Shown: positions 48,926 to 57,825 of the stretch, one piece after another
Position numbering within the stretch: position 1 is the stretch's first letter
How the letters are laid out: every line of letters begins with the position of its first letter
From: Chloroflexota bacterium
GTDB lineage: Bacteria; Chloroflexota; Anaerolineae; J102
Direction of reading: 5' to 3'
DNA: 64,000 nucleotides
Assembly: GCA_029782215.1 (NCBI GenBank)
Contig: JAKOVD010000079.1
Span: 82,729 to 146,728, forward strand
Made by a program: the position numbers and the translations under genes
Notes under the pieces: generated by a model
Database searches by the model: none
The model's input: only the letters and a program-made list of their open reading frames with translations
What the model was told of the DNA's origin: nothing

Positions 48926-49708
48926 ATGGCCACTGACCTTGTCCTGTCGATGAAGGAAGACCTGCGTGCCCGCATCCTGTCCGGCGATTTGAGCAACCTG
49001 ACGCATGCCAATCTCAGCTCGATGGACTTGTCGGGCGTCGATTTCAGCAAGGCCGATCTTCAGGGCGCCAACTTCTGGGAGTCGAACCTGTCGGGGACCC
49101 GGTTCCTCGGCGCCAACCTGACCGAAGCCGATCTGCGGGGAACCGATCTCACCGACGCCGACCTGGTGGGCGCCCGCATGAGTCACGCCATGCTGCTGCG
49201 CGCCCGCTTGGCCGGAACGAACCTGATCGGTGTCCGGCTGGACAAGGCAGAGCTGGAGGAAACTAACCTGCAGGGCGCCAACCTCCAGAGCGCGTACCTG
49301 CGGCAGTTGAAGGGCCAACATTCCAATCTCGCTGGCGCCAATCTCGCCAGCGCCAGGCTGGAGCAAGCCCAGTTGGCACAGGCCAACCTGCAGGGCGCCA
49401 ACCTGACCGATGCCAATCTGCACAATGCCACCCTGAGCGGCGCCAACTTGGCGGGTGGTCGCCTGATGAGGGCCAACCTGCAGGGCGCCGACCTGAGCAG
49501 AGCCAACCTCAGCGGGGCCAATCTGACCCGGGCGTATGTTGGCAAGACCAACTTCGAGGAGGCCGTGCTCAGCGGCGCCGATCTGACGGGCTGCGATCTT
49601 TCGGATTCCCGGCTCAGGGGCGCCGTGTTCGCCGGCGCCCGCTACAGTGACCGCACGGTTTGGCCCGAGGGTTTTGACCCCAAGGCTGCCGGCGCTATTC
49701 TGGCCTGA
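48926..49708 (+). CDS. Pentapeptide-repeat protein
   Basis: 260 aa of A(D/N)L-x-x repeats (ANLSSMDLSGVDFSKADLQGANFWESNLSG...). Confidence 0.92.
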   Translation: MATDLVLSMKEDLRARILSGDLSNLTHANLSSMDLSGVDFSKADLQGANFWESNLSGTRFLGANLTEADLRGTDLTDADLVGARMSHAMLLRARLAGTNLIGVRLDKAELEETNLQGANLQSAYLRQLKGQHSNLAGANLASARLEQAQLAQANLQGANLTDANLHNATLSGANLAGGRLMRANLQGADLSRANLSGANLTRAYVGKTNFEEAVLSGADLTGCDLSDSRLRGAVFAGARYSDRTVWPEGFDPKAAGAILA

Positions 49709-49780
49709 CCATCCCAAGCCGCGACTGCCGCAGTGATAGACTGTGGGCAGACGCCGTAACCCCAGGCAGCGATTCGACCT

Positions 49781-50449
49781 ATGTGCGGGCGGTTCACCCT
49801 TTCAACGCCCACCGCCAACCTGGCGAAGCTGTTCGACCTCGATTCGGTTCCGAATCTGGAGCCGCGCTACAACATCGCGCCGACACAGGCCGTCCTTGCC
49901 GTGCGCAGTACAAGGGAGGGTTTGGGACGCGAGCTGGCGCTCATGCGGTGGGGGCTGATCCCTTCCTGGTCCAAAGATCCTGCCATCGGTAGCAGCCTGA
50001 TCAATGCCCGTTCCGAGACTGTCGCCGAGAAGCCGTCGTTTCGCACGGCGTTCAAGCGCCGCCGCTGTCTGATCCCGGCCGACGGCTTCTTCGAGTGGCA
50101 GAAACAGGAGCGCGCCAAACAGCCCTATTTTATCGGCCTGGCGGACCGTCAGCCCTTTGCCTTTGCCGGCCTGTGGGAGCACTGGGAAGGGGCCGACGGC
50201 AGCGTCCTCGATACCTGCACCATCCTGACCACGACGGCCAACGCCACCATCCGGCCTCTGCACGACCGCATGCCGGTGATCCTCGATCCCGCCGACTACA
50301 CGACCTGGCTGGATGCCGCCACCCATCCCGATTACCTTTTCCACCTCCTGCATCCCTACCCTGCGGAGGCGATGATCACCTATCCGGTCAGCACCCTGGT
50401 CAACAACGTCGCCAACGACGTCCCTGCCTGCATCCAGCCGTTGGCCTAG
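49781..50449 (+). CDS. SOS-response-associated peptidase (SRAP/YedK family)
   Basis: 222 aa starting MCGRFTL (catalytic Cys2), with INARSETV and FYEW-like FFEWQK. Confidence 0.9.
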   Translation: MCGRFTLSTPTANLAKLFDLDSVPNLEPRYNIAPTQAVLAVRSTREGLGRELALMRWGLIPSWSKDPAIGSSLINARSETVAEKPSFRTAFKRRRCLIPADGFFEWQKQERAKQPYFIGLADRQPFAFAGLWEHWEGADGSVLDTCTILTTTANATIRPLHDRMPVILDPADYTTWLDAATHPDYLFHLLHPYPAEAMITYPVSTLVNNVANDVPACIQPLA

Positions 50450-50485
50450 GCGCTGCTGGCCTCACCTGTCCCAAGGACCCCTGCT

Positions 50486-50719
50486 ATGGCTGTCTCTTCC
50501 GATCTGTTGGAAATCCTGCGTTGTCCCGTCTGCGTGCGCGAGGTCGAGGATGGCGGGCATCTTGACCTCACGAAAGAGGTCTGGTTGGTATGCCGCAACT
50601 GCGGCCGCAAATACCCGATCCGCGACGATATTCCCATCATGCTGATCGACGAGGGCACGCGCTGGCAGACGACGGCCGTCGATGCCCTGCCGGCGACGCC
50701 TCCAGAACCCGTATCCTGA
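50486..50719 (+). CDS. Trm112/UPF0434-family zinc-ribbon protein
   Basis: 77 aa. LLEILRCPVC...LVCRNCGRKYPIRDDIPIMLIDE. Confidence 0.85.
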   Translation: MAVSSDLLEILRCPVCVREVEDGGHLDLTKEVWLVCRNCGRKYPIRDDIPIMLIDEGTRWQTTAVDALPATPPEPVS

Positions 50720-50843
50720 GGCTTGATTTTGCGCTTGCAGACCCCGCCGCCTGGTGGGGTCTCTTGTTTCAGGGTTCCGGCGCATGTTGCATACGCGAAA
50801 TGATCGCTGCCGCCGGGACCTGCCCAGTGTTTGGGGGTGACTG

Positions 50844-51617
50844 ATGCCATTTTCGCTGCAGTCGTATCTTGATTTTGCCGTGGCGACGGCGCATGAGGCC
50901 GGGCGCCTGACCCTGGCGCATTTTCAGACCGGCGTCCGTCCTGACTACAAGGCCGATGACAGCCCGGTGACGGTTGCAGACCGCCAGGGCGAGGAGCTCA
51001 TCCGCCAGCGGATCGAGCGGCAGTATCCCGCCCATGCCATCGTGGGCGAAGAATTCGGCCGCAAGGAAACGGGGGGCGCCACCCATCGCTGGTTTATCGA
51101 CCCCATCGATGGCACCAAGTCCTTTATCCGCGGTGTGCCGCTGTACGGTGTGCTTCTGGGCCTGGAACTCGAGGGTAAGGTGGAGGTGGGCGTCGCCTAT
51201 TTCCCGGCGCTGGACGAGATGGTTGCGGCCGCCACCGGCCTGGGCTGCTGGTGGAACGGGCGCCGCGCCTGCGTGTCTGAGACGGCCAGCCTGGAGAGGG
51301 CTTTTGTCGGGCATGCCGACGCTCCCAGCTTCGCCAGACACCAGCGCGGCGAAGCCTGGACGCGCATCCAGCAGGCCACCTATTATCGCGCCGGCTGGAG
51401 TGACGCTTACGGGCACGCCCTGGTGGCGACGGGGCGGCTGGAGATCATGCTGGACCCGGTGATGAACGCCTGGGACTGCGGGCCTTTCCCGCCGATCCTG
51501 GCGGAAGCAGGCGGCTACTTCGGCGACTGGCAGGGCCAGCCCACGATCTACGGCGGCGAGGCGCTTTCCACCACGCAAGCCCTCCTGCCCAAAGTCCTGG
51601 CTCTAATAGAGGGCTGA
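50844..51617 (+). CDS. Inositol monophosphatase-family phosphatase (HisN-like)
   Basis: 257 aa. WFIDPIDGTKSFIRGVP and WDCGPFPPILAEAGG. Confidence 0.85.
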   Translation: MPFSLQSYLDFAVATAHEAGRLTLAHFQTGVRPDYKADDSPVTVADRQGEELIRQRIERQYPAHAIVGEEFGRKETGGATHRWFIDPIDGTKSFIRGVPLYGVLLGLELEGKVEVGVAYFPALDEMVAAATGLGCWWNGRRACVSETASLERAFVGHADAPSFARHQRGEAWTRIQQATYYRAGWSDAYGHALVATGRLEIMLDPVMNAWDCGPFPPILAEAGGYFGDWQGQPTIYGGEALSTTQALLPKVLALIEG

Positions 51618-51624
51618 ACCTTGT

Positions 51625-52974
51625 ATGAATCTGCAGGCATTCATTGAGGCTGTAACCGAACGCGGCTGGCTTTTCAACGTCGACAAGCCCGTCAGCTCCG
51701 TATTGGAGCTGGCGGCAGTGGCCTACGCCCTTGACGGCAAGCCGGTCCTGTTCAACAAGGTCGTGGGCCGCAAAGGGGAGGCGGGCCAGACCTATGACTT
51801 CCGTGTGCTTACCGGGCTGGCCGCCGACCGCCGGCACTTCGCCCTGGCCCTGGGCTGCGCGCCCGACCAGATCCTCTTCCGTCTGGCGGAGGCGTTCCGG
51901 CAGCCGCAGCCGGCGCCGGTCGTGGGCGAAGGCCCGTGCCAGGAGGTTGTGGAGCGCCCCGGCGACCTGGAGGCGCTGCCTTTCCTCAAGCACTGGCCCG
52001 ACGACGCCGGACCCTATGCCACCGCCGCCATCGTCCTCGTGCGCGACCCGGACACCGGCCTGAACGCCTCCTTCCACCGGCTGCTGCGGCTCGACGCCCA
52101 CCGCCTCGCCGCTCGCCTGGTCGAGCGCCGCGGCACGGACAGCGCCTGGCGCAAGGTGCAGGGCGACCTGCCCGTGGCCATCTGCATCGGCCTGCCCCTC
52201 CATGTGCTCCTGGCTGCGAGCATGGCCCCGGCGCCGGGCGTCAGCGAGCTGGACATCGCCCACGCCCTGCAGCCGACGCCGCTCGTTCCTTGTTTGACTA
52301 GCGACCTGCTGGTTCCCGCCGAGGCCGAGTTCGTTCTGGAGGGTCATCTCACCCACACCCTGGCAGCCGAAGGACCCTTTGTCGACCTGACGGAAACCAT
52401 CGACATCGAGCGCCAGCAGCCGGTGATCGCCATCGACTGCATCACGCACCGCCGTGATGCCATCTACCATGCCCTGTTGCCGGGCCAGCTCGAGCACAAG
52501 TTTCTGATGGGCATGCCCAAGGAGCCGACGATCTACGCCGCCGTCAACGAGGTCGCGACCTGTCTGAATGCCCACATCACACCTGGCGGCGCCTCCTGGC
52601 TGCACGCGGTCGTCCAGATCGACAAGCAGCAGCCTGACGACGGCGCCCGGGCCATCGCTGCCGCCTTCCGCGGGCATGGCTCACTCAAGCACGTGGTCGT
52701 CGTCGACAAGGACATCGACCTCTTCAACCCGGCGGAGGTGGAGTGGGCCATTGCCACGCGCTTCCAGGCCGGACGCGGGCTGCATGTCTTCCCGAACCAG
52801 CCTTCCAGTTCCCTCGATCCGTCGGCCACACACACACCGGGCCAGAAATCGCGTAGTGACAAGATGGGGCTGGACGCCACCATCCCCTGGGACACCCCCA
52901 CCGGTCCCAGCCATCCCGACCACTTCCAGCGCGTGCCCCTGCCGCGCATCGACCCCGGCCCCTACCTGTCCTGA
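51625..52974 (+). CDS. UbiD-family (prenyl-FMN-dependent) decarboxylase
   Basis: 449 aa. AEGPFVDLTE resembles the UbiD EGPFGE-x-TGY segment, and the overall layout fits. Confidence 0.72.
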   Translation: MNLQAFIEAVTERGWLFNVDKPVSSVLELAAVAYALDGKPVLFNKVVGRKGEAGQTYDFRVLTGLAADRRHFALALGCAPDQILFRLAEAFRQPQPAPVVGEGPCQEVVERPGDLEALPFLKHWPDDAGPYATAAIVLVRDPDTGLNASFHRLLRLDAHRLAARLVERRGTDSAWRKVQGDLPVAICIGLPLHVLLAASMAPAPGVSELDIAHALQPTPLVPCLTSDLLVPAEAEFVLEGHLTHTLAAEGPFVDLTETIDIERQQPVIAIDCITHRRDAIYHALLPGQLEHKFLMGMPKEPTIYAAVNEVATCLNAHITPGGASWLHAVVQIDKQQPDDGARAIAAAFRGHGSLKHVVVVDKDIDLFNPAEVEWAIATRFQAGRGLHVFPNQPSSSLDPSATHTPGQKSRSDKMGLDATIPWDTPTGPSHPDHFQRVPLPRIDPGPYLS

Positions 52975-53084
52975 GCCAATCCGGCGGCGCTGGCGCACCT
53001 GTCGAAACCCGTCACCTGCGATTCCCCAGCTCCCTCACGGTCGCTGCTCGAAGTGGGCGGCCACTGGGGGACCGCCCCTACCCG

Positions 53085-53117
53085 CCACCTGCCACCTGCC
53101 ATTTGCTACCTGCCACC
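53085..53117. repeat. Heptamer tandem repeat (CCACCTG)n directly upstream of the thpR start
   Basis: ccacctg ccacctg ccatttg ctacctg ccacc, about 4.6 units, ending 3 nt before ATG 53121. Confidence 0.8.
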
Positions 53118-53120
53118 CCT

Positions 53121-53708
53121 ATGCTCCGTCTCTTTATTGCCGCCAGCCTGTCACCTGAAGTCGTCCAGGCCCTGGCGGAGGCACAGGGCCAGCTCAAACG
53201 CCGGCTGGCGGGCATGCCGCTGAGCTGGACGCGGCCCGAGGGCATCCATCTCACCCTCAAGTTCCTGGGCGACACCGAGCCCAAACGGGTGGAAGCGATT
53301 ACGGCGGCGCTGCGCCAGGCGGCGGCGCCGCACGCGCCTTTCACCGTGACCGTGGGCGGCTTCGGCTGCTTTCCCAACCCGCGGCGGGCCAATGTGCTCT
53401 GGGTGGGCATTGCCGACCCTGAGGGGCGGCTGGGACGCCTTGCCGCTAGCGTCGACCGGGCCACAGCGGCGCTCGGCTGGGAGCCGGAGCGGAGGCCGTT
53501 CACCGCGCACCTGACCCTGGCGCGGGTCAAGCGCGAGGCCGCGGCCGAGCAGCAGCGGGCGCTCGGTGAGATGCTACCCGCGATCTCGCTGCCGGCAGTC
53601 ATGGGAACCGTGGCGATCGACCGCATCCACCTCATCCGCAGCGAGCTCAACCCCCAGGGCTCGATCTACACGCCGCTGTCCGGGACGATGTTGTCGGGAA
53701 GATCGTGA
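53121..53708 (+). CDS. thpR: RNA 2',3'-cyclic phosphodiesterase (ThpR/LigT 2H family)
   Basis: MLRLFIAASL N-terminus and two H-x-T-x motifs (HLTLKF, HLTLAR). Confidence 0.85.
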   Translation: MLRLFIAASLSPEVVQALAEAQGQLKRRLAGMPLSWTRPEGIHLTLKFLGDTEPKRVEAITAALRQAAAPHAPFTVTVGGFGCFPNPRRANVLWVGIADPEGRLGRLAASVDRATAALGWEPERRPFTAHLTLARVKREAAAEQQRALGEMLPAISLPAVMGTVAIDRIHLIRSELNPQGSIYTPLSGTMLSGRS

Positions 53709-53804
53709 TGCCTGGTCCCTCCCTACCCTCTATGCGGCCGCCAGCCCCTGGGACGCGGTCGATTACATTCTGACTGCGATCGCTCCGGCCGCCACGAAAC
53801 CGGA

Positions 53805-55235
53805 TTAGGTAGCCGGTTCTTCAGCGACCGGCAGGACAGCGTCGACAGCCGGCAGGGCAGCTTCGGCGGCCGGAGACAGCGCTTCCGGTTCGTCCTCTTC
53901 TGCTTCGGGCTCGGTCCTGCGGGCGCGGCTCCAGGCGCGGGCGATGAGCGCCAAAGGTGCCGCCAACACGGAAGTGACCAGGAAGGCCATCAGGAAGATC
54001 ACGGCAATGCCGATGGCCTGCGCCAGGAGCTGTCCGGGCCAGTCCGCGGCGAACCCTTGACCCAGCAGCCACCGGCCGGTGACGCCCTGTCCGCTGACGC
54101 CCAGGTAGGAAGAGGCGCCGACGCCGTTGTAGCCCACGCCACCGGCGCCGTCCGCCACCAACCCGACAGCCAGCAGCCCCACCATGGCGGGAATGGCCAG
54201 CATCGAGAAGACGCCGCCCCGATCCTGCAGCCGCAGCACCCGATCGAGCAGGAAGCCCACCAGGACGACAAGAACGCCGGCGACCACACCCACCGCCAGC
54301 GCCGCGCCCGGCGACATGAAGGGCGCCGCCGCCAAACCGGCCACCCAACCACCGGCGACGCCGCGGGCGCCTTGCAGGGGATCAGGGTGTCCGGCCACGA
54401 ACCAGGTATAGGCAAGGGGCGCCAGGCCGCCGCCTGCCGCCGCCAGGAGCACGTTCAGAACGGCGTCCATGGCCGAGAGGTGGGCCCAATCGGTGAGGGG
54501 CCAGGCCAGCAGCCAGCCCGTGGAACCGGCCAGCACCAGCCCGGCGCCGGCCACGGCCAGCAGGGGCAGGTGGATGGGCGGCAGTTCGGCGGGCCCTTCC
54601 TCCTTGGGGCGCCGGTCCAGGAAGATCAGGATACCGGCCAGGGCGACGCCTCCGCTCAGCACAAAGAGGGAGCTGCTGCCGAAATCGACGAAACCATGGC
54701 CGGCGCCGATGTTAATGCCCAGGTTCGCCAGCCATCCGCCGCCCTGCACCCAGTTGCCGACGAGGGGATAGCCGGCGGCTGCCGTCAGCAGGCCAAACAG
54801 GGCGACCACCAGGGCGGGAACCCGGCCGCGCAGCGCCAGGGTGGGCAAGAGCGTGGCAGTGGTGACCGCGGCAAGGGCGCTGAACATCAGCAGCGACGCC
54901 AGCTCGGGCTGGCGGGTGATGCCGCCGAATCCGGCCAGGCCTGCCATGCCCCAGGTGGCGCCCCAGTCTTCGCTCAGCGCCGACCATTCCCACACAAGCT
55001 TGCCGAGATCAGGGTGATCGACGACGAGGCCAATGCCGCCGTAGTGGAGGCCAAACCCGACGGCCACGTAGCCAAACACGGCCAGGGCGAAAGCTGCCAG
55101 CGGCGCCAGCGCTGCCTGTCTGGCCTCCCGTGCGGGCAGCGCCGCCAGGGCAACTAGCGCCAATCCCAACGGCACCAGCATGGCAAGGGAGGGCGCCAGC
55201 AAGCGCCACATGGGAATGACTTCGGTCTCGATCAT
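53805..55235 (-). CDS. Amt/Rh-family ammonium-transporter-like membrane protein (divergent)
   Basis: GFVDFGSSSLFVLSGGVALAGILI and GGWVAGLAAAPFMSPGAALAVGVVAG resemble Amt signature regions. Start at ATG 55235 or 55211. Acidic C-terminal tail. Confidence 0.5.
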   Translation of the reverse strand: MIETEVIPMWRLLAPSLAMLVPLGLALVALAALPAREARQAALAPLAAFALAVFGYVAVGFGLHYGGIGLVVDHPDLGKLVWEWSALSEDWGATWGMAGLAGFGGITRQPELASLLMFSALAAVTTATLLPTLALRGRVPALVVALFGLLTAAAGYPLVGNWVQGGGWLANLGINIGAGHGFVDFGSSSLFVLSGGVALAGILIFLDRRPKEEGPAELPPIHLPLLAVAGAGLVLAGSTGWLLAWPLTDWAHLSAMDAVLNVLLAAAGGGLAPLAYTWFVAGHPDPLQGARGVAGGWVAGLAAAPFMSPGAALAVGVVAGVLVVLVGFLLDRVLRLQDRGGVFSMLAIPAMVGLLAVGLVADGAGGVGYNGVGASSYLGVSGQGVTGRWLLGQGFAADWPGQLLAQAIGIAVIFLMAFLVTSVLAAPLALIARAWSRARRTEPEAEEDEPEALSPAAEAALPAVDAVLPVAEEPAT

Positions 55236-55329
55236 GGTCAATTTGCTTTGGGCGGGTTTGCGGTTAGGATGGAGATTGAACCGTTCGCAAGCCGCATTCG
55301 CCTGCTCGCAGGCGGGGCGATCATACCAA

Positions 55330-55794
55330 ATGCCTGAATCCGCGGCAAAAGCCCCACCGCTTCTCATCGATGCCATGCTGGGTACGCTGGCGCGTCGCCT
55401 GCGCTGGCTGGGCTACGACGCCGAGTATCGCCGCGATCTTCCTGATGAAACCATGATGCAAATCGCCCGCGACGAGGATCGTCTGCTTGTCACCCGGGAC
55501 CGCAGCATGGCGGGCCGGCGGGGGCTGCGCAGCCTCTACCTGCCCAGCGCCGAGCTCGGCGAGCAGATAGAAGCCGTGCAAGCGGCAATCGGCCTTCCCC
55601 CAGGGCCGCCGCGCTGCACGGTCTGCAACGGTGACCTGGAACCTCTGGGTCACGCCGAGGCGTCGATGCTGGTGCCTCCCTACGTCGCGGCCACGCAGAC
55701 GGAGTTTGCCCGCTGTCTCCGCTGCCATCGCGTCTACTGGCCTGGCACCCACTGGCCGGGCTTGCAGTCCTGGCGCGCCCTGGCAATGCCCTGA
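55330..55794 (+). CDS. Mut7-C (DUF82) RNase-domain protein with C-terminal zinc ribbon
   Basis: Start at ATG 55330 (MPESAAKAPPLLIDAMLGTLARRLRWLGYDAEY). CTVCNG...CLRCHRVYW. Confidence 0.78.
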   Translation: MPESAAKAPPLLIDAMLGTLARRLRWLGYDAEYRRDLPDETMMQIARDEDRLLVTRDRSMAGRRGLRSLYLPSAELGEQIEAVQAAIGLPPGPPRCTVCNGDLEPLGHAEASMLVPPYVAATQTEFARCLRCHRVYWPGTHWPGLQSWRALAMP

Positions 55795-55805
55795 CAGACG
55801 ATCTC

Positions 55806-57668
55806 ATGCGCAGACACGCTGCTTCGCCCCTGTTGTTCCTGATCTGCCTCGGGCTCTATGTCACGACGCTGGCGCCGACGGTCGTCACCTTGTTCGACGA
55901 CTCGTTGGAGTTCCAGGTGGTGCTGCCCACCTTTGCCATTGCCCACCCCACCGGCTACCCCCTCTATACCCTGCTGGGCTGGCTGGCCACACGGGTCGTG
56001 CCGCTTGGCGACGCCGCCTTTCGGACCAACCTGTTCTCGGCGCTGGCCGCCAGCGCCGCCGTGGTCGTCCTCTACGCCGCGGCCCGCCGCCTCGGCAGCA
56101 GTGCGGCGCCGGGGTTTGTGGCCGCCCTGCTCTTCGCCATCAGCCCGATCTGGTGGTCACAGGCGACCATCGCCGAGGTGTACACCCTGCAGGGGCTGAT
56201 CACCCTGGCCGTGATCTACGCGCTGCTGCGCTGGGATGAAACGCGGGACGGCGCCGCTCGCCAACGCTGGCTGGCGTTGGCGGCGTTGGCCATCGGTCTG
56301 GGTCTGGCCCACCATCGCCTGACCCTGCTCCTGCTGCCGGGCGTCCTCGTCTTCGTGCTGTGGACGGAGCCTGGTTTGCTGCGCCGGCCGGCGGCTTGGG
56401 GACTGCCCCTGGTCGCACTGCTGGCGCCGCTCCTGCTTAATGCCCTGCTGCCCCTGCGCAGCGGCGTGGGCTCGCTCGACGGCAGCTACGCCCGCCTGGG
56501 CTTCTGGCGGTGGATCGCGGGCGGCGGCTACAGCACCTTTCTCGAGAACAATCCCCTGGGCGTCCAGCGCACCTTCATGGATCTGTTGGAACTGCTGCTG
56601 TCGCAATTTGGGCTCCTGGGTGTCATCGTGGCCGCGGCCGGCGCCGGTCTCTGGCGCATGCAGCCCCGGCGCCTGGCTTTGCTGGCGCTGATCGGCGCGG
56701 CCGATCTGGTCTTCGCCTGGCGATACCTGGTCGCGGACGTCGAGGTGTTCCTCATACCGGCTGTCATTGTGTGGGCGTTCCTGATCGCCGTGGGGCTGAC
56801 GGCTGTCTGGGACAGCGCCCTGGTCTATGCGGCGGGGATGGTGCGGCGTCTTTGGCAGCGGCCCCCCCGCTTCCTGCCGGCAGCCGTGAGGGTTGCCGCT
56901 GCCGTCTGCCTGCTGCTCTGGCCGGCCACGCTGTTGGCCCAGCGGCTTCCCGAGCAGAACCGCCAGGGCTCGCCCGCCCGCGCCTGGGGAGTGCATGACT
57001 ATGGCCTTGATATGCTCGACGCAGTGGCGCCGGGCGGGTCCGTGGTGGGCATCCTGGGTGAGATGACGCTGCTGCGCTACTTCCAGCGCACGCAGGGCCT
57101 GCGCCAGGATGTGCAAACGACCGCCGCTGATGCTGAGCCCGACCGTCTTGCCGCTCTTGCTGCCAGCGTCGCCTCGGGACGTCCCACCTACACGACTCGT
57201 CCCCTGGCAGGATTGGCGGGCGCTTTCAGCCTTGACGCCGCCGGGCCCCTGGTGCGAGTGTGGCCGTCGGGCGCGGCAAAACCCGAAACACCGGCCCACA
57301 AGGTGGCCGTGTCGATGACCCCGCAGGTGACACTGGCGGGCTGGGACATGAATCTGCGGCAACCGCGCAGCGGTCCCAGCGCACGTCTCACCCTGCAGTG
57401 GCAGACGGCGGCGCCGCCGCCCACCGATTTCAAGGTGTCGGCCCGCCTCTACGGTCAAGGGGACACGCTGCTTGTCCAGCGTGACGACATTCCCGTCCAC
57501 AATACATACCCGCCGTCGTCATGGCGTCAAAATGAGACTATCGACGACGTCTACGATTTACCCCTGCCGAGCGTTCCTGCTGACCCGGTCAAGCTGGTCG
57601 TCATCCTCTACGACCCGCTGAACGGCGCCGAGATGGCGCGTTGGGAACAACCGGACATCACCTGGTAG
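55806..57668 (+). CDS. DUF2723/TMEM260-like membrane glycosyltransferase-type protein
   Basis: 620 aa. N-terminal LYVTTLAPTVVTLFDDSLEFQVVLPTFAIAHPTGYPLYTLLGW, multiple TM segments and a soluble C-terminal domain. Confidence 0.7.
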   Translation: MRRHAASPLLFLICLGLYVTTLAPTVVTLFDDSLEFQVVLPTFAIAHPTGYPLYTLLGWLATRVVPLGDAAFRTNLFSALAASAAVVVLYAAARRLGSSAAPGFVAALLFAISPIWWSQATIAEVYTLQGLITLAVIYALLRWDETRDGAARQRWLALAALAIGLGLAHHRLTLLLLPGVLVFVLWTEPGLLRRPAAWGLPLVALLAPLLLNALLPLRSGVGSLDGSYARLGFWRWIAGGGYSTFLENNPLGVQRTFMDLLELLLSQFGLLGVIVAAAGAGLWRMQPRRLALLALIGAADLVFAWRYLVADVEVFLIPAVIVWAFLIAVGLTAVWDSALVYAAGMVRRLWQRPPRFLPAAVRVAAAVCLLLWPATLLAQRLPEQNRQGSPARAWGVHDYGLDMLDAVAPGGSVVGILGEMTLLRYFQRTQGLRQDVQTTAADAEPDRLAALAASVASGRPTYTTRPLAGLAGAFSLDAAGPLVRVWPSGAAKPETPAHKVAVSMTPQVTLAGWDMNLRQPRSGPSARLTLQWQTAAPPPTDFKVSARLYGQGDTLLVQRDDIPVHNTYPPSSWRQNETIDDVYDLPLPSVPADPVKLVVILYDPLNGAEMARWEQPDITW

Positions 57669-57825
57669 GCTATCGCCTGCCGCACATCGTCAAACAGCGA
57701 CCAGGCAGACCCAGGCTGCCCCGTCGCCGGGAAATCGACCGGTTTCGGCGCTTTCGCGCCCGGTTCCGGCAGCCACCAACGTCATATCGTACACGCTTGA
57801 ACTCACTCCAGCCGGGAGGAGCGCC

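Noticed and set aside
48926-49708. Strong 15-nt periodicity at the DNA level (ggcgccaacct...), considered as a possible repeat element.
   Set aside because: It is fully explained by the pentapeptide-repeat coding sequence.
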